Source of the DNA: Candidatus Heimdallarchaeota archaeon
Lineage (GTDB): Archaea; Asgardarchaeota; Heimdallarchaeia; Heimdallarchaeales; Heimdallarchaeaceae
Direction: 5' to 3'
Length of the DNA: 64,000 nt
NCBI GenBank assembly: GCA_016840095.1
Contig: JAEOSZ010000031.1
Coordinates: forward strand, 160,938-224,937
Part shown: positions 20,515 to 31,100 of the stretch, piece after piece
How the letters are laid out: each line of letters opens with the position of its first letter
Numbering within the stretch: the first letter of the stretch is position 1
The notes under the pieces: generated by a model
Seen by the model: only the letters and a program-made list of their open reading frames with translations
Databases searched by the model: none
What the model was told of the DNA's origin: nothing
Made by a program: the position numbers and the translations under genes

Positions 20515-21123
20515 ATGAGTGAAGAATCTAATCAGGAAATTCAAGCTGAAGAAGTAGATGAAGTCAGTGAGGAAATCAAAAAGATGAATAGATCTTGGAT
20601 TAGAAATCCTTACATTGTTGTAGCTAGCTTGATACTTGGACCAGCAACATTTGTTGGAGCTTTTTTCATCGATTTTTATTCAGTGTGGCAATCCGTAGTA
20701 CAAACAATTGTATTCATAATTTCCGCAGGATTTTTCGTTATACTGTTCTCATATGGATTTAATCATCTATGGCTCTATGCCTTGAAAAGAAGGACTAACA
20801 GAGATTATATCAGTCTGGCATCAATTCAGTTAGGTATAGCTATTCCACTAATTATTAATGCTGTTAAAATAATTCCATACATTGCAGCAGAAAAATCAGA
20901 GGATTCTTCCATCTTTCTAATATTAACTATTGTTTATTTTGTAGTAGTAGGAATTTTAATGCTTACTCTATATGCGACCGTAAGAAAGATAAAACAACCA
21001 ATAGATTTTAACGACTATATTACTTTCACAATAGCAATTGTACTAGGAGTGATTTTTGCTCTAGCTACATATTATGGTGCATTATATTTAGATTTATTCT
21101 CCTTCAATCATGTATTTGGATGA
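20515..21123 (+). CDS. Multi-pass membrane protein of unknown function
   Basis: About 5 hydrophobic helices after an acidic N-terminus. Confidence 0.75.
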   Translation: MSEESNQEIQAEEVDEVSEEIKKMNRSWIRNPYIVVASLILGPATFVGAFFIDFYSVWQSVVQTIVFIISAGFFVILFSYGFNHLWLYALKRRTNRDYISLASIQLGIAIPLIINAVKIIPYIAAEKSEDSSIFLILTIVYFVVVGILMLTLYATVRKIKQPIDFNDYITFTIAIVLGVIFALATYYGALYLDLFSFNHVFG

Positions 21124-21234
21124 GAAAATTTTTTCAAATAATAAGGAATTGTGTTTAGAAATACACAAGCAGTTTTTTTAAAGTTTAATCCTTTATTAGA
21201 TTAAATTTATATCATAAGAAGGTGAACAAAGGTC

Positions 21235-24200
21235 ATGAAAAAAAGATTCTCTAAGGGAGTTGTGTTTTCTTTAGTCATAATTTTGGTTTTTGTTTCTTTA
21301 TCCGCTCTACATCCCAATGTGCATGCAGATGAAGCAACAAACAAGGATATGATGTTTTTCAAAGATTCAAGAGATATAGGATATATCAGAACAGAAACAT
21401 TTCTTGATAGCAATAATCATTCCCATTTCTTCATACAAATTAATTTTCATAATGGAACATTTGTCATCTTCCATATCCTTCAAAATACTGTCATTGAAGT
21501 TGACAGAGACTATTATTCAATGGATTTGTTTGATGTAAGAGAACTCAATGGAACAATCTATTTATTTTACAGTTTCATGGGGCAGATATACAACACTGTC
21601 GTGAAAGTATATTCCTGGAATAATGGTGTTCCAGATAGGACCACTTTATACTTCACACATGAATATTATTATAATTTAGACGTTTTTATGGATAATATTA
21701 GTTATCATCTCGTGGTAGCTGATTCTGAGTTTGATGAAACTGATATTACTCACATCAGAATATTTGAGAATGGAACTGAGATAGTTAAGTACCATACTCT
21801 TCCCTTTATGATCTATGACCTTAGAGAAATTCTTTTTGTGGATAATCAACTATTTACCTTTTTTGAAATTAGTAACTTCAATTCTTCAGTGTATAATACT
21901 AATATGATTCTTGTTGGAATCACAGATTCAGGATATTACAATTCTTCAGTACTTCAACTTCCTGAAAGATGGTACAATCCACAAATATTCGTAACTGAAA
22001 ATGGACAATTTTATCTAATTATAAATGAAGATAATAAACTCTCAACACTTAGTTTTGGAATAAACGAAACCATTTCTTTAAGTTCATTTCACTATATATA
22101 TCTTGATGATTATTATTGGGGAGATTTCAATGTTTTTCTTTATGAAAATGTCACTTATATCTCTTACAATGAATATGATATCTATTATCTAGATTATCGA
22201 CCAGACAGGAACTTGGATAATATACAGAAAACTCTTTCTGTAATTAGAGATAATAATGCTACACTACAGAAAAGTGAAATTAAACTAGATGAATATAGCA
22301 GAACTTATCCTTTTGTCTCTTTAAGTTATTATATCTGTGAAAATGGTTCTTACATAGTACACTACTTCTCCAAAGTAGAATCAAAAGAACTAGAAGGATA
22401 CAATTTTATCGATAAATATGTTTATTCTCTGAAAATTGCAACAGACTTAGATATTGAAATACCAGAAGAAGCAATTCTATTTAACCTTAAGAGTTATTCA
22501 GCATTTGCATATTTCTGGATCAGATTTTGGGCAGCATTTGTAGTTCCAATTGTCTCACTAGGGATGCTATATGTAATTTTTAGAAAGAGTATTAATAGGT
22601 CAATTAAAAAAATGGTTAAATTCCTTACAAGACCTATAATTCCTAATTTAGATAAGTGGAAACTAGTTTTTATCAATTTATGGTTGTTCATTAAAAATGC
22701 TTCAAATCTGGTTTTCACTTTATGGAAAGCAAACAAAAAGAGATTATTAATCAGTTTGCTAGGACTGACAATTCTAGCATCTATAATAGTCACAAGTACT
22801 ACTCTGTTTGATTCAAAGAGAAGTTCTTTGATAATTCAGTATGTTGAATCTGCTGATCCTGGACATGATTATTTTCTATCTTTAGAATATAGAATAAACC
22901 TTGCTGAAGGAAATGAAGCTGCTCTGAATTATGTAAATGAAAACTACACTGCAATGGCAATGAGTGCAATTATGAACAAAATAACTAGTTCAACAGCTTT
23001 ATACTCATCACTGATTAGTGATTATTTTTATTCCCTTAAATCTGCACTAATTACGTACAATATTTCTTGGGGAATTAATGATCACTCGTCTGTAGATTAT
23101 TTTGGGTTTCAGCAAAATTACAGCAAAGTATTTGAACAGATTTTGCATGAGGGCAGATTACCAAACAATACCAATGAAATAATGATTACTTCTTACGACT
23201 CAGCTTATTATGGTATAGAAATTAATGATACAATTTTAGTGAACGTAACTACAGAAGCAAGTTTTGTAGAATATCCAGTGATGAATTTAACAGTAACAGG
23301 AACATACTCACAACCACCTCGATCGCTAATAGAATCCCTATGTGAAGAATATAATCTACCTTCTGATCCTCTTAAGTCTTTGTTAAACTATTACAATATA
23401 CCATTAATCACATTTGAACCATATTATTTAGAAAATTTTCAGAATATCTCAATATATGATTTCTTTCTCACAGGAGGTGTACAATTTGAGTATGACTTTA
23501 GCCAATTTAATCCACAAGATCTCTCAGTATTGATTGAAGAATTGACTTCACTTAAGGAAGACGGACCTTTTCCATTTGTATTTCAAGAAAATAGTTATTG
23601 GTACATTTTGCCTGAACTAGAGTATATTTTTGAAGATATAGGATTTGAAATGCAAACAACGCAGTTTTTGATTATTTTCTTATCGATACCTATACTCTAT
23701 CTTGCTCTGTTTCTAACATTCGAAGTTAATGAAATATTCAGTACAAGTTTTGAGCAAGAAATCAGGATTCTAAGTTCAAAAGGAGTATCAACGGGAATGA
23801 TTACCTTCATCTATTCTTCAATGAAATTCTTTGAATCATTAGTAGCTACATTTCTAGGATTTGGAGTGAATATTCTCGTACTCCCAGCTTTGCTAAAGAT
23901 AAATAAATTTTTGACTTTTGATAATCCACTATTCTCTCTCAATCTTGCTAGTTTACCCACAGCAATGGGGTCAACTTTTCTACTTTTAGTAATTATATCA
24001 GTTCCAAGAATTATAAAAATCTCCAAAACAAAAAAGAAAGTGGAGAAACCTCCAAAACAATTCATACAATTAATTAAGAACATTCGACTTCATTATATTC
24101 TAACAATGGGATTTGGAGTTGGACTTACTTTCTTGTCATTTTATCTGTTTCAAATGATTGCATTTGATGGTGGGACTATGGCTAATTCAGCAATATTAGT

Positions 24201-25539
24201 TATATTCATCTATCTGATGGGAATTGGGGTAATGATAGCTCTTCTAGGATTCGGATTATTATTGCGTGAAATACATAAAATAATAATGATTGCGATTAGT
24301 AAAACTGCTTGGGCTATTAGAAAAAATCTCTTCTCTTTTTCACTAGTTGAAATCAGATCAGATATAAAATTGTTCAATAACACTTTTCTGACTTATCTAA
24401 TTCTAGTAAGTTTAGTCATACCTTTTGCAGTTTCACCTATGCTGATTCAAGAGAAATCCCAAACTGAAGCTTATTTCTATGGTGGGAGTGATATCTATGT
24501 AACTAATTGGGATGAATATAATGCTTCTCTAGCAACTGATATTCTTGCTTATCCAGAGATTGTTTCAGTAACAAATGTATCTCAAATATATGGAGACTAT
24601 CATTGGAATAATTTTGAGATTTATCTGCTTAATGATTCTGAAGATTTTCTTGCTACGTCATATAAACCAAAGAAAAATATCTTTGAAAATTGGGATACTA
24701 ATATAGAGCAATTGAATAATTCTCAAAGCATGTTGGTGTCAGAATCATTTAAGGAATATTTAGCAGGTGGAGAGGATGTGTATTATTTCATAAGAGAAGG
24801 TACACCAAATGATACGCTGATAGAATTCAGTTTAATATCTTCATTTGATTATTTTCCAGTAGTTTATGATGATGGACCTGTAGATCCTACAGATCCATAT
24901 TATTCTCCAACTGGATTTGCATTAGTAATGACTTTAGATAATTACATGCTAATAGCTGATTTAGTGGAGATATCTTCAATGTCTTTTGAGCGATTGTTAA
25001 TTAACATAAGAGATGATGTAGATCCAGAAGTTATCACAACTAAACTCAAAACTGATCTAGGAATTGAGGTTCAATCAACTCTTGAAATAGCAGACGAGAT
25101 ATTATTTACGCTGATTCCATTCTATTCAGTATTAGTGGCTGAATTCGTATTTGGTATTTTGATATGTATTGCAGCTGTAGTTTTCACTTCATTGAGCAAC
25201 CCACTGAAAATTCTACAGCGAAGGATTGTCAAGCATGATATTCTGAAGAAAATAGGTATTCCAACAAACAGAATTATCTTTCTCTCTGCATTGGAGTTAT
25301 TTATGGCTTGTATACTGCCTGGATTAGCTCTTGGAGCAGGTGGGGGATATGGGTTGTTACGGTTATTCAGTTGGATATTTATCAATCCCCCTTATGCTGA
25401 TAGTTTACCATTTAATACAATCATACCCTATCATATAGGATTGGTGATTTTTCTGGGAATTCCTATACTTTTCTATTCAATATTCATTGTATCGATGAGT
25501 AGAAATTTCGCAAAATATAGACCTAAAAATTTGGAGTGA
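21235..25539 (+). CDS. Giant (1434 aa) two-module FtsX-like permease with N-terminal extracellular domain
   Basis: Signal peptide, ~400-aa beta-rich domain, EGRLP...EI, EQEI.IL.SKG and ILKKIG FtsX motifs, two TM bundles. Confidence 0.85.
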   Translation: MKKRFSKGVVFSLVIILVFVSLSALHPNVHADEATNKDMMFFKDSRDIGYIRTETFLDSNNHSHFFIQINFHNGTFVIFHILQNTVIEVDRDYYSMDLFDVRELNGTIYLFYSFMGQIYNTVVKVYSWNNGVPDRTTLYFTHEYYYNLDVFMDNISYHLVVADSEFDETDITHIRIFENGTEIVKYHTLPFMIYDLREILFVDNQLFTFFEISNFNSSVYNTNMILVGITDSGYYNSSVLQLPERWYNPQIFVTENGQFYLIINEDNKLSTLSFGINETISLSSFHYIYLDDYYWGDFNVFLYENVTYISYNEYDIYYLDYRPDRNLDNIQKTLSVIRDNNATLQKSEIKLDEYSRTYPFVSLSYYICENGSYIVHYFSKVESKELEGYNFIDKYVYSLKIATDLDIEIPEEAILFNLKSYSAFAYFWIRFWAAFVVPIVSLGMLYVIFRKSINRSIKKMVKFLTRPIIPNLDKWKLVFINLWLFIKNASNLVFTLWKANKKRLLISLLGLTILASIIVTSTTLFDSKRSSLIIQYVESADPGHDYFLSLEYRINLAEGNEAALNYVNENYTAMAMSAIMNKITSSTALYSSLISDYFYSLKSALITYNISWGINDHSSVDYFGFQQNYSKVFEQILHEGRLPNNTNEIMITSYDSAYYGIEINDTILVNVTTEASFVEYPVMNLTVTGTYSQPPRSLIESLCEEYNLPSDPLKSLLNYYNIPLITFEPYYLENFQNISIYDFFLTGGVQFEYDFSQFNPQDLSVLIEELTSLKEDGPFPFVFQENSYWYILPELEYIFEDIGFEMQTTQFLIIFLSIPILYLALFLTFEVNEIFSTSFEQEIRILSSKGVSTGMITFIYSSMKFFESLVATFLGFGVNILVLPALLKINKFLTFDNPLFSLNLASLPTAMGSTFLLLVIISVPRIIKISKTKKKVEKPPKQFIQLIKNIRLHYILTMGFGVGLTFLSFYLFQMIAFDGGTMANSAILVIFIYLMGIGVMIALLGFGLLLREIHKIIMIAISKTAWAIRKNLFSFSLVEIRSDIKLFNNTFLTYLILVSLVIPFAVSPMLIQEKSQTEAYFYGGSDIYVTNWDEYNASLATDILAYPEIVSVTNVSQIYGDYHWNNFEIYLLNDSEDFLATSYKPKKNIFENWDTNIEQLNNSQSMLVSESFKEYLAGGEDVYYFIREGTPNDTLIEFSLISSFDYFPVVYDDGPVDPTDPYYSPTGFALVMTLDNYMLIADLVEISSMSFERLLINIRDDVDPEVITTKLKTDLGIEVQSTLEIADEILFTLIPFYSVLVAEFVFGILICIAAVVFTSLSNPLKILQRRIVKHDILKKIGIPTNRIIFLSALELFMACILPGLALGAGGGYGLLRLFSWIFINPPYADSLPFNTIIPYHIGLVIFLGIPILFYSIFIVSMSRNFAKYRPKNLE

Positions 25540-25546
25540 TGAAGAA

Positions 25547-27301
25547 ATGATAACATGTAATGACGTAATAAAAATTTACTCGGATCCTGATACAGATTTG
25601 AAAGTAGCCGCATTAAGAGGATTAGATCTTAAGGTAAAAGAAGGAGAACTTGTTTCAATAATTGGTCCTTCTGGTGCTGGGAAAACAACTCTGATTAGAA
25701 TTCTTTCAGGTATTGAGCAACCTACAAGTGGAGATATAATCATCAATGGAATGGACTTTAATAAATTAGATGAATTCGAGCGAAGGGATTACAGATTCAA
25801 CCATCTAGGTATCATCAACCAATTCACAAGTGAAAATCTATTTACTCATCTAAGTGTAAGACAGAATCTTATGATTCCAAAAAGGTTGTTTTTCTTACCA
25901 AAAGAACAATCTAGAAAAGAAGTAGATGAACTCATAAAAATTCTCAATCTTAAACATGTTGAGTATAATACTGTGGATAAACTCTCAGGAGGAGAAGCAA
26001 TGAGATTATCAATGGGCGTTGCTCTGGCAAAGAATCCAAGTGTTTTATTAGCTGATGAACCGACAGGACAATTGGATTCAATGAACACTGAAGGATTGAT
26101 AGCAACTATCAAACAAGTCAATCAAGAAATGGGTAAAACTATTCTTGTTGTGACTCATGATATTAGATATAGAAATGTCTTTGAGAAAAGCTTTGTTATA
26201 AGAGATGGTAAACTAGCTGGAATTGGTAAAGATATGGGTAAAGATGAGTTAGAATTCCTTCTACATGCTTCAGAGATGAATAAAGCTTACATGGATGCTT
26301 CAAATTATGTCCGTGTTCCAGATGAAGTAAAAGCTCTTACTGGTTTAGGAGATATAATCGAGTTTGATACCCATCCCTCTCGTAAAATTGGTTTATTCTG
26401 GAATCCAGAAAAAATAACAAGAGATAAAGTATATGAAATAGTTTCTAATCCTTTGGAAGATTTTGAAGAAAAAATAGATCAAATTTCTTATGAAGAGGTT
26501 GAAAAGCTTCTGAGTAGAGAATTTCTCCCACCAGAAAAAGCTAAACCTATAGTAAGAATAAAGAACCTATCGAAAGGATATCAATCTAGAGCCGGATATA
26601 CTGAAGTAATCTCGAATCTTAATTTGAACATTGATAAAGGTGATTTTATTTTTATCTCTGGTCCTTCAGGCGTAGGAAAAACTACTTTACTTAATCTCAT
26701 TGCAGGTTTAATCAAACCTAATAAAGGTTCAATTAAGGTTGATAATTTCTCCATAAGCGATTCAGGAGAAAAACAAGTTTCTTTGTTTAGATTGAATAAT
26801 GTAGCATACATTACCCAACATAACAATTTATTTTCTCCTCTTCCAATAAAAGACAACTTCATTTTACCAAATTTGTTTTCAAAGCAGAAAAATGACAAAG
26901 ATTATGGGTTATCAATTGCGAAAGAATGTTTTATTGATCACAAACTCAATTCATATCCAGGAGAGCTTTCTGAGGGAGAAAAACAAAGAGCAGCTTTGGC
27001 TACATCCTTGACAAGAAGAACTAGTGTTTTACTTGCAGATGAACCTACAGCAAATCTTGATACAGAACTTGCTAGATCTATAATAGATTTACTTATGGAT
27101 ATAGTTAGAATAAACAAAGCTACAATTATTACTTGCTCCCACGATCTGACTCTACTTCGACCAGGTTTTCGTCATATTAGATTACTTGATGGTAATATCC
27201 AAGAAGATGCAAGAGTAACTAAAAAGGATCTAAAGAATATTGTAACTGAATACCTTCAAATCAAGCAGAACAAGGTTAAAAGGAGGTCTAAGAAGAAATA
27301 A
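25547..27301 (+). CDS. Tandem double-NBD ABC ATPase (LolD-like) with AbrB-like linker
   Basis: Two Walker A motifs (GPSGAGKT, GPSGVGKT), LSGGE/LSEGE, two LADEPT; linker YMD..NYVRVP. Confidence 0.9.
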   Translation: MITCNDVIKIYSDPDTDLKVAALRGLDLKVKEGELVSIIGPSGAGKTTLIRILSGIEQPTSGDIIINGMDFNKLDEFERRDYRFNHLGIINQFTSENLFTHLSVRQNLMIPKRLFFLPKEQSRKEVDELIKILNLKHVEYNTVDKLSGGEAMRLSMGVALAKNPSVLLADEPTGQLDSMNTEGLIATIKQVNQEMGKTILVVTHDIRYRNVFEKSFVIRDGKLAGIGKDMGKDELEFLLHASEMNKAYMDASNYVRVPDEVKALTGLGDIIEFDTHPSRKIGLFWNPEKITRDKVYEIVSNPLEDFEEKIDQISYEEVEKLLSREFLPPEKAKPIVRIKNLSKGYQSRAGYTEVISNLNLNIDKGDFIFISGPSGVGKTTLLNLIAGLIKPNKGSIKVDNFSISDSGEKQVSLFRLNNVAYITQHNNLFSPLPIKDNFILPNLFSKQKNDKDYGLSIAKECFIDHKLNSYPGELSEGEKQRAALATSLTRRTSVLLADEPTANLDTELARSIIDLLMDIVRINKATIITCSHDLTLLRPGFRHIRLLDGNIQEDARVTKKDLKNIVTEYLQIKQNKVKRRSKKK

Positions 27302-27404
27302 AGATTCCTTAGTTGCGAATAGTTTCTAAACATTTTTATAGTTCTAAAGATATATGAAATGTTAGTTTAATCCTCTTCAAAGGGGATTAAGTGGGTGAAA
27401 AAAT

Positions 27405-28244
27405 TTGAAAAAATTTGGAATTTTTGCTGTCTTGCTATTACTAATAGCACCAATAGCTATTCAAACATCTGCTATAATACCACCACCAACTGATTTCTAT
27501 TTCCATCCTGATCTAGTAACAGGAGCAGAATTAGAATGGCAGTTGAAGAAGAATGCTTTCAACTTCGAAGGAGTTGAAGAAGTTGACTATGATATTGTAG
27601 CTGGAGTTGAATGGGGAGTAGGGTCAGTATTTAAGATTGTACTCACACAAGACCTTAATGACTTACCTCTTACTGATCCATCAGAACTATTTCTATATAC
27701 AGGAGATTGGGCTGATTTCTACCTTGATGGAGTTTTGATAACTGAAAATTCAACAGATATAGAATTCTTCGATTATTCAACAAGTCTTGTCTATGGTTTA
27801 TTTGAAACAGGAGTATTTCCATTCATTATGCCATTAACTTACAACTATGGAACTGGAAATGAAAGTTTCTTCCAATTGTTCTACGATGAACTGAAAGTGA
27901 ATGAGTTTACAGATACACCAGAGCCAGGAATAACCATATTTTACACAGTATCAATGGATGAGAAGCGATTGACTGTTAACACAGGAATGGATATGAGTAT
28001 GTCTGAATATGGACTTACAGTTAAGGGAGAAGTTGATGCATCTATAGTTTATGATGTCCAAGATGGTGTATTGGATGAAATAAAGATTTTTGTGAAAGCA
28101 AGTGCATTGGGTTTCACAATAAAATACAATTTCCTCTTAGTAAACATCACAAGTCCTGTGAATCTAGACTTCGAGTGGATTTCTGGAGTAGTTGCATTTC
28201 TCAGTATAGGTGTTATGGTAGTATTTCTGAAAAGAAGGAGATAA
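27405..28244 (+). CDS. Acidic secreted surface protein with C-terminal TM anchor
   Basis: TTG start after GGGTGA; signal peptide; beta-rich acidic body; TM helix + KRRR. Confidence 0.8.
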   Translation: MKKFGIFAVLLLLIAPIAIQTSAIIPPPTDFYFHPDLVTGAELEWQLKKNAFNFEGVEEVDYDIVAGVEWGVGSVFKIVLTQDLNDLPLTDPSELFLYTGDWADFYLDGVLITENSTDIEFFDYSTSLVYGLFETGVFPFIMPLTYNYGTGNESFFQLFYDELKVNEFTDTPEPGITIFYTVSMDEKRLTVNTGMDMSMSEYGLTVKGEVDASIVYDVQDGVLDEIKIFVKASALGFTIKYNFLLVNITSPVNLDFEWISGVVAFLSIGVMVVFLKRRR

Positions 28245-28309
28245 AGTCTCCTTTTAGTTTTTTCTTTTAATAGCCTTTATGCGAACATTTTTTTGTTATT
28301 TTCTTCTAG

Positions 28310-31078
28310 TTGTGTATTATGAATTCTAAAAAGAATCTATTTGTCTTTATGATGATAGTTATTTTTTTAGTTGTTCCAATAATACCACAGCAGCAAGTTT
28401 TTGCTTCATATACAATTAATGAAATAACAGACACAAAAGATAATGTTAGTAATCAAAATACATTACCAAAACTTATTCCACCTCCTCCTAGCAATCCAAA
28501 TTATACCTATGATTACTTCAACAGTGTAGGTGTTGAAATTGCAGAATCTATTTTCTTCACTATTGGTGATCTATTTCCTTTCACTAGCATTCCAACAAAT
28601 AGGATATTTGATTTAACAGCTGTTCAGTTTGCTCTAACTTGTATTGATTTGTACTATGTAACAGAAGATGTAAACTACCTTAATCAGGCATGGGCAGCAG
28701 CACTTCCAATGAATATGAATCTTGAAGTAAATGGAACAATGATTAAAGGAGAAGATTATGGTTCAGTTTATGATGTATATGCTGATGAGAACTTACAATT
28801 AGTTCTGATGTATGAACGTTTAGCTCAAGCTTTGGTAGTTGATGGTGACATTTTCAATGCTGTTTTTATGAACACCCTAGCAGATAATTTGTTATCAAAT
28901 ATTACAGCTTTGTTCTATGGTACTTCGAGTCAATCTATCAATGAGACTTTAACAGTCCTTTCTGCTGATAATTCGGTAATTAGTACAACACAGTATTCGT
29001 CTGCCAGAGTTACTGGTTTGTACTATATGGCAAATCATCTTGCTAATGATAGTTCGCGTTTCTATACACAAGCAAAGAATGCTTTAAACTACTATAGAAA
29101 CATAGCAAATACAACAGTCCTTTTACCTACACTGAATTTTGGATATCTATTCTATTCTACATTCAACTCTGGTTCTGCTTCAGATAGTGAAGCTGATTTA
29201 CAAGGTAATATCTATATGAACACAGCTCTTATTCAAGAAAGTCAATATCAAAGAGAATTGAATAATCCTTCAATCGCTTTGGATTTTTTCAATTGGACAA
29301 CTATGGGTGAAGAAGCTATGAAAGAATACTTCAAAAGCCCAGATACTAGTCTATTTCATACAAAATACGATTTAGGTACACTTACCCTAGAGGATGTAGC
29401 TCTTACATATGAGAACTGTTTATACTTATCACATTTAATTGAATATAAGAGAAGTAGATTAAGCATTACAGGACTTACTCCTTCCTTTATGGAAGTAAAT
29501 GACTTGTATAATGAAATGACCATAAGTGTGTTTCTAGCTCCTGACTTATTCTTAGCAGGAACAACAAAAACAGGAGCAATTTTAGATTTAATTTATGAAA
29601 TTCCACATAGTAATCCACACTTGGTAAATTATCAAGCAATTACAATGATGTCCAAATTCTATCCACTGGTATCAATGTTAGCTTATCCAAATCAAATATT
29701 GCTAAATACTGCAACTATTTTTGATTGGGCATTTGATTTTGCAGAAACAACCTCAATATTTGGAAGTAGCAATAAATCATTTGCATTAAATTATCAATTG
29801 CAGGTCACTTCTCAAACATTGTTCAGTATTCAACATCCAGCAAACTACAGAATAAATACAACTATTCTGAACGGTGTAAGAATACAATCCGCACAAGTAG
29901 CTAAACTTAACATTACGGCAGATTCAGGAGGAAATCATGATATCCTATTTGAAATCTATCTAGCTGGGTACCTAGTATTTGATACTACTTTGAGCATTCA
30001 TATTGATAAAACAATAGTACTTAATACAGAACCAACGAACTTAGAAGTTACTGAATTGTTAGATAAAGATCTAGTTCTCACAATCTATCTTGAGGATGAA
30101 ACAGGTTTAGGAATAGATAATGCAGAAGTTACAGTTTTTCCTGAACATGCACTTGACAAAACAGAAATCACAGATAGTTGGGGGTATGTTACATTCTATA
30201 TACCTATTGATGAACTAATGCCTGATTCACTACCTACAGATGACGGTTCTACCTTTAATTCTTCTTTGATAATCGTAGCATCTAAGGAAGATCATGTTCC
30301 AACTTTCATCTATAAAGATGTAACAGTCAATTTAAACAATCTAATACTAGACCTGAATCCTTCTCCTCCAGAAGTGAAGGAAGCATCTGATCTTTCATTG
30401 TATTTAGATGTTACATCAAGAATCCCTGCATCTATCTTCAATCCTACAGCAAGAATAAATATAAATGGTATTCCCTATGAGGATAAATACCATAAGAACA
30501 GCTGGAATCTACCTACAACGGTAATTATTGGAAAAAGCTGGTTGAAAAATGGTACAACTGGACAAGTAATAGTTGAAGTAGAAGTTACTGCTGACGGATT
30601 AACTGAACCTCAACTTTTTACATTTGAAGTTCTTGTTGAACCTTTAGGAACACTAGAAAGAATATACTTGTGGATTGAGATAGCTCTACAATCAGATATA
30701 GTTAAAATTCTGGGAGCTTTAGGTTTTATTTGGGCTGTTTTGTGGAGACAAATTAGTCTTTATGCACTTAAAAGAACCAGAAGGTGTCCATATTGTGGAG
30801 ACATATCTAAAAGGAAGTATCCATATTGTAAGAATTGTGGATTGAAAGATGAATCATTGGAATACAAGAAGACAGTTAAAAAGAAACACAAAGAACCAAG
30901 AATTATTCTTGCTGAAACTGAAACTATCGTTAATCCAATACAACCAACAGTTCAGCAACCAGTAGAACAACCTCCTGAACAACAATCTCCTCTACAACAA
31001 CCTCCAACTGAAGATAGATTCGACAATACATTTGATAATTCTTATGATAAAAAAGATGATGACAATTATAGTTACTAA
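28310..31078 (+). CDS. Large single-pass membrane protein: alpha/alpha-toroid-like and Ig-like ectodomain, cytoplasmic Zn ribbon and P/Q-rich tail
   Basis: Signal peptide; LYYVTEDVNYLNQA six-hairpin-like motif; beta-rich repeats; TM near aa 800-820; CPYC...CKNC; QQPVEQPP tail. Confidence 0.7.
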   Translation: MCIMNSKKNLFVFMMIVIFLVVPIIPQQQVFASYTINEITDTKDNVSNQNTLPKLIPPPPSNPNYTYDYFNSVGVEIAESIFFTIGDLFPFTSIPTNRIFDLTAVQFALTCIDLYYVTEDVNYLNQAWAAALPMNMNLEVNGTMIKGEDYGSVYDVYADENLQLVLMYERLAQALVVDGDIFNAVFMNTLADNLLSNITALFYGTSSQSINETLTVLSADNSVISTTQYSSARVTGLYYMANHLANDSSRFYTQAKNALNYYRNIANTTVLLPTLNFGYLFYSTFNSGSASDSEADLQGNIYMNTALIQESQYQRELNNPSIALDFFNWTTMGEEAMKEYFKSPDTSLFHTKYDLGTLTLEDVALTYENCLYLSHLIEYKRSRLSITGLTPSFMEVNDLYNEMTISVFLAPDLFLAGTTKTGAILDLIYEIPHSNPHLVNYQAITMMSKFYPLVSMLAYPNQILLNTATIFDWAFDFAETTSIFGSSNKSFALNYQLQVTSQTLFSIQHPANYRINTTILNGVRIQSAQVAKLNITADSGGNHDILFEIYLAGYLVFDTTLSIHIDKTIVLNTEPTNLEVTELLDKDLVLTIYLEDETGLGIDNAEVTVFPEHALDKTEITDSWGYVTFYIPIDELMPDSLPTDDGSTFNSSLIIVASKEDHVPTFIYKDVTVNLNNLILDLNPSPPEVKEASDLSLYLDVTSRIPASIFNPTARININGIPYEDKYHKNSWNLPTTVIIGKSWLKNGTTGQVIVEVEVTADGLTEPQLFTFEVLVEPLGTLERIYLWIEIALQSDIVKILGALGFIWAVLWRQISLYALKRTRRCPYCGDISKRKYPYCKNCGLKDESLEYKKTVKKKHKEPRIILAETETIVNPIQPTVQQPVEQPPEQQSPLQQPPTEDRFDNTFDNSYDKKDDDNYSY

Positions 31079-31100
31079 TCTTTTTTCTTTTTCTTCTTTT
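31079..31100 (+). terminator. Oligo-T archaeal terminator between convergent genes (representative example)
   Basis: T-rich tract directly after the stop; similar tracts near 5930-5960, 28250-28290 and 59700-59716. Confidence 0.55.
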
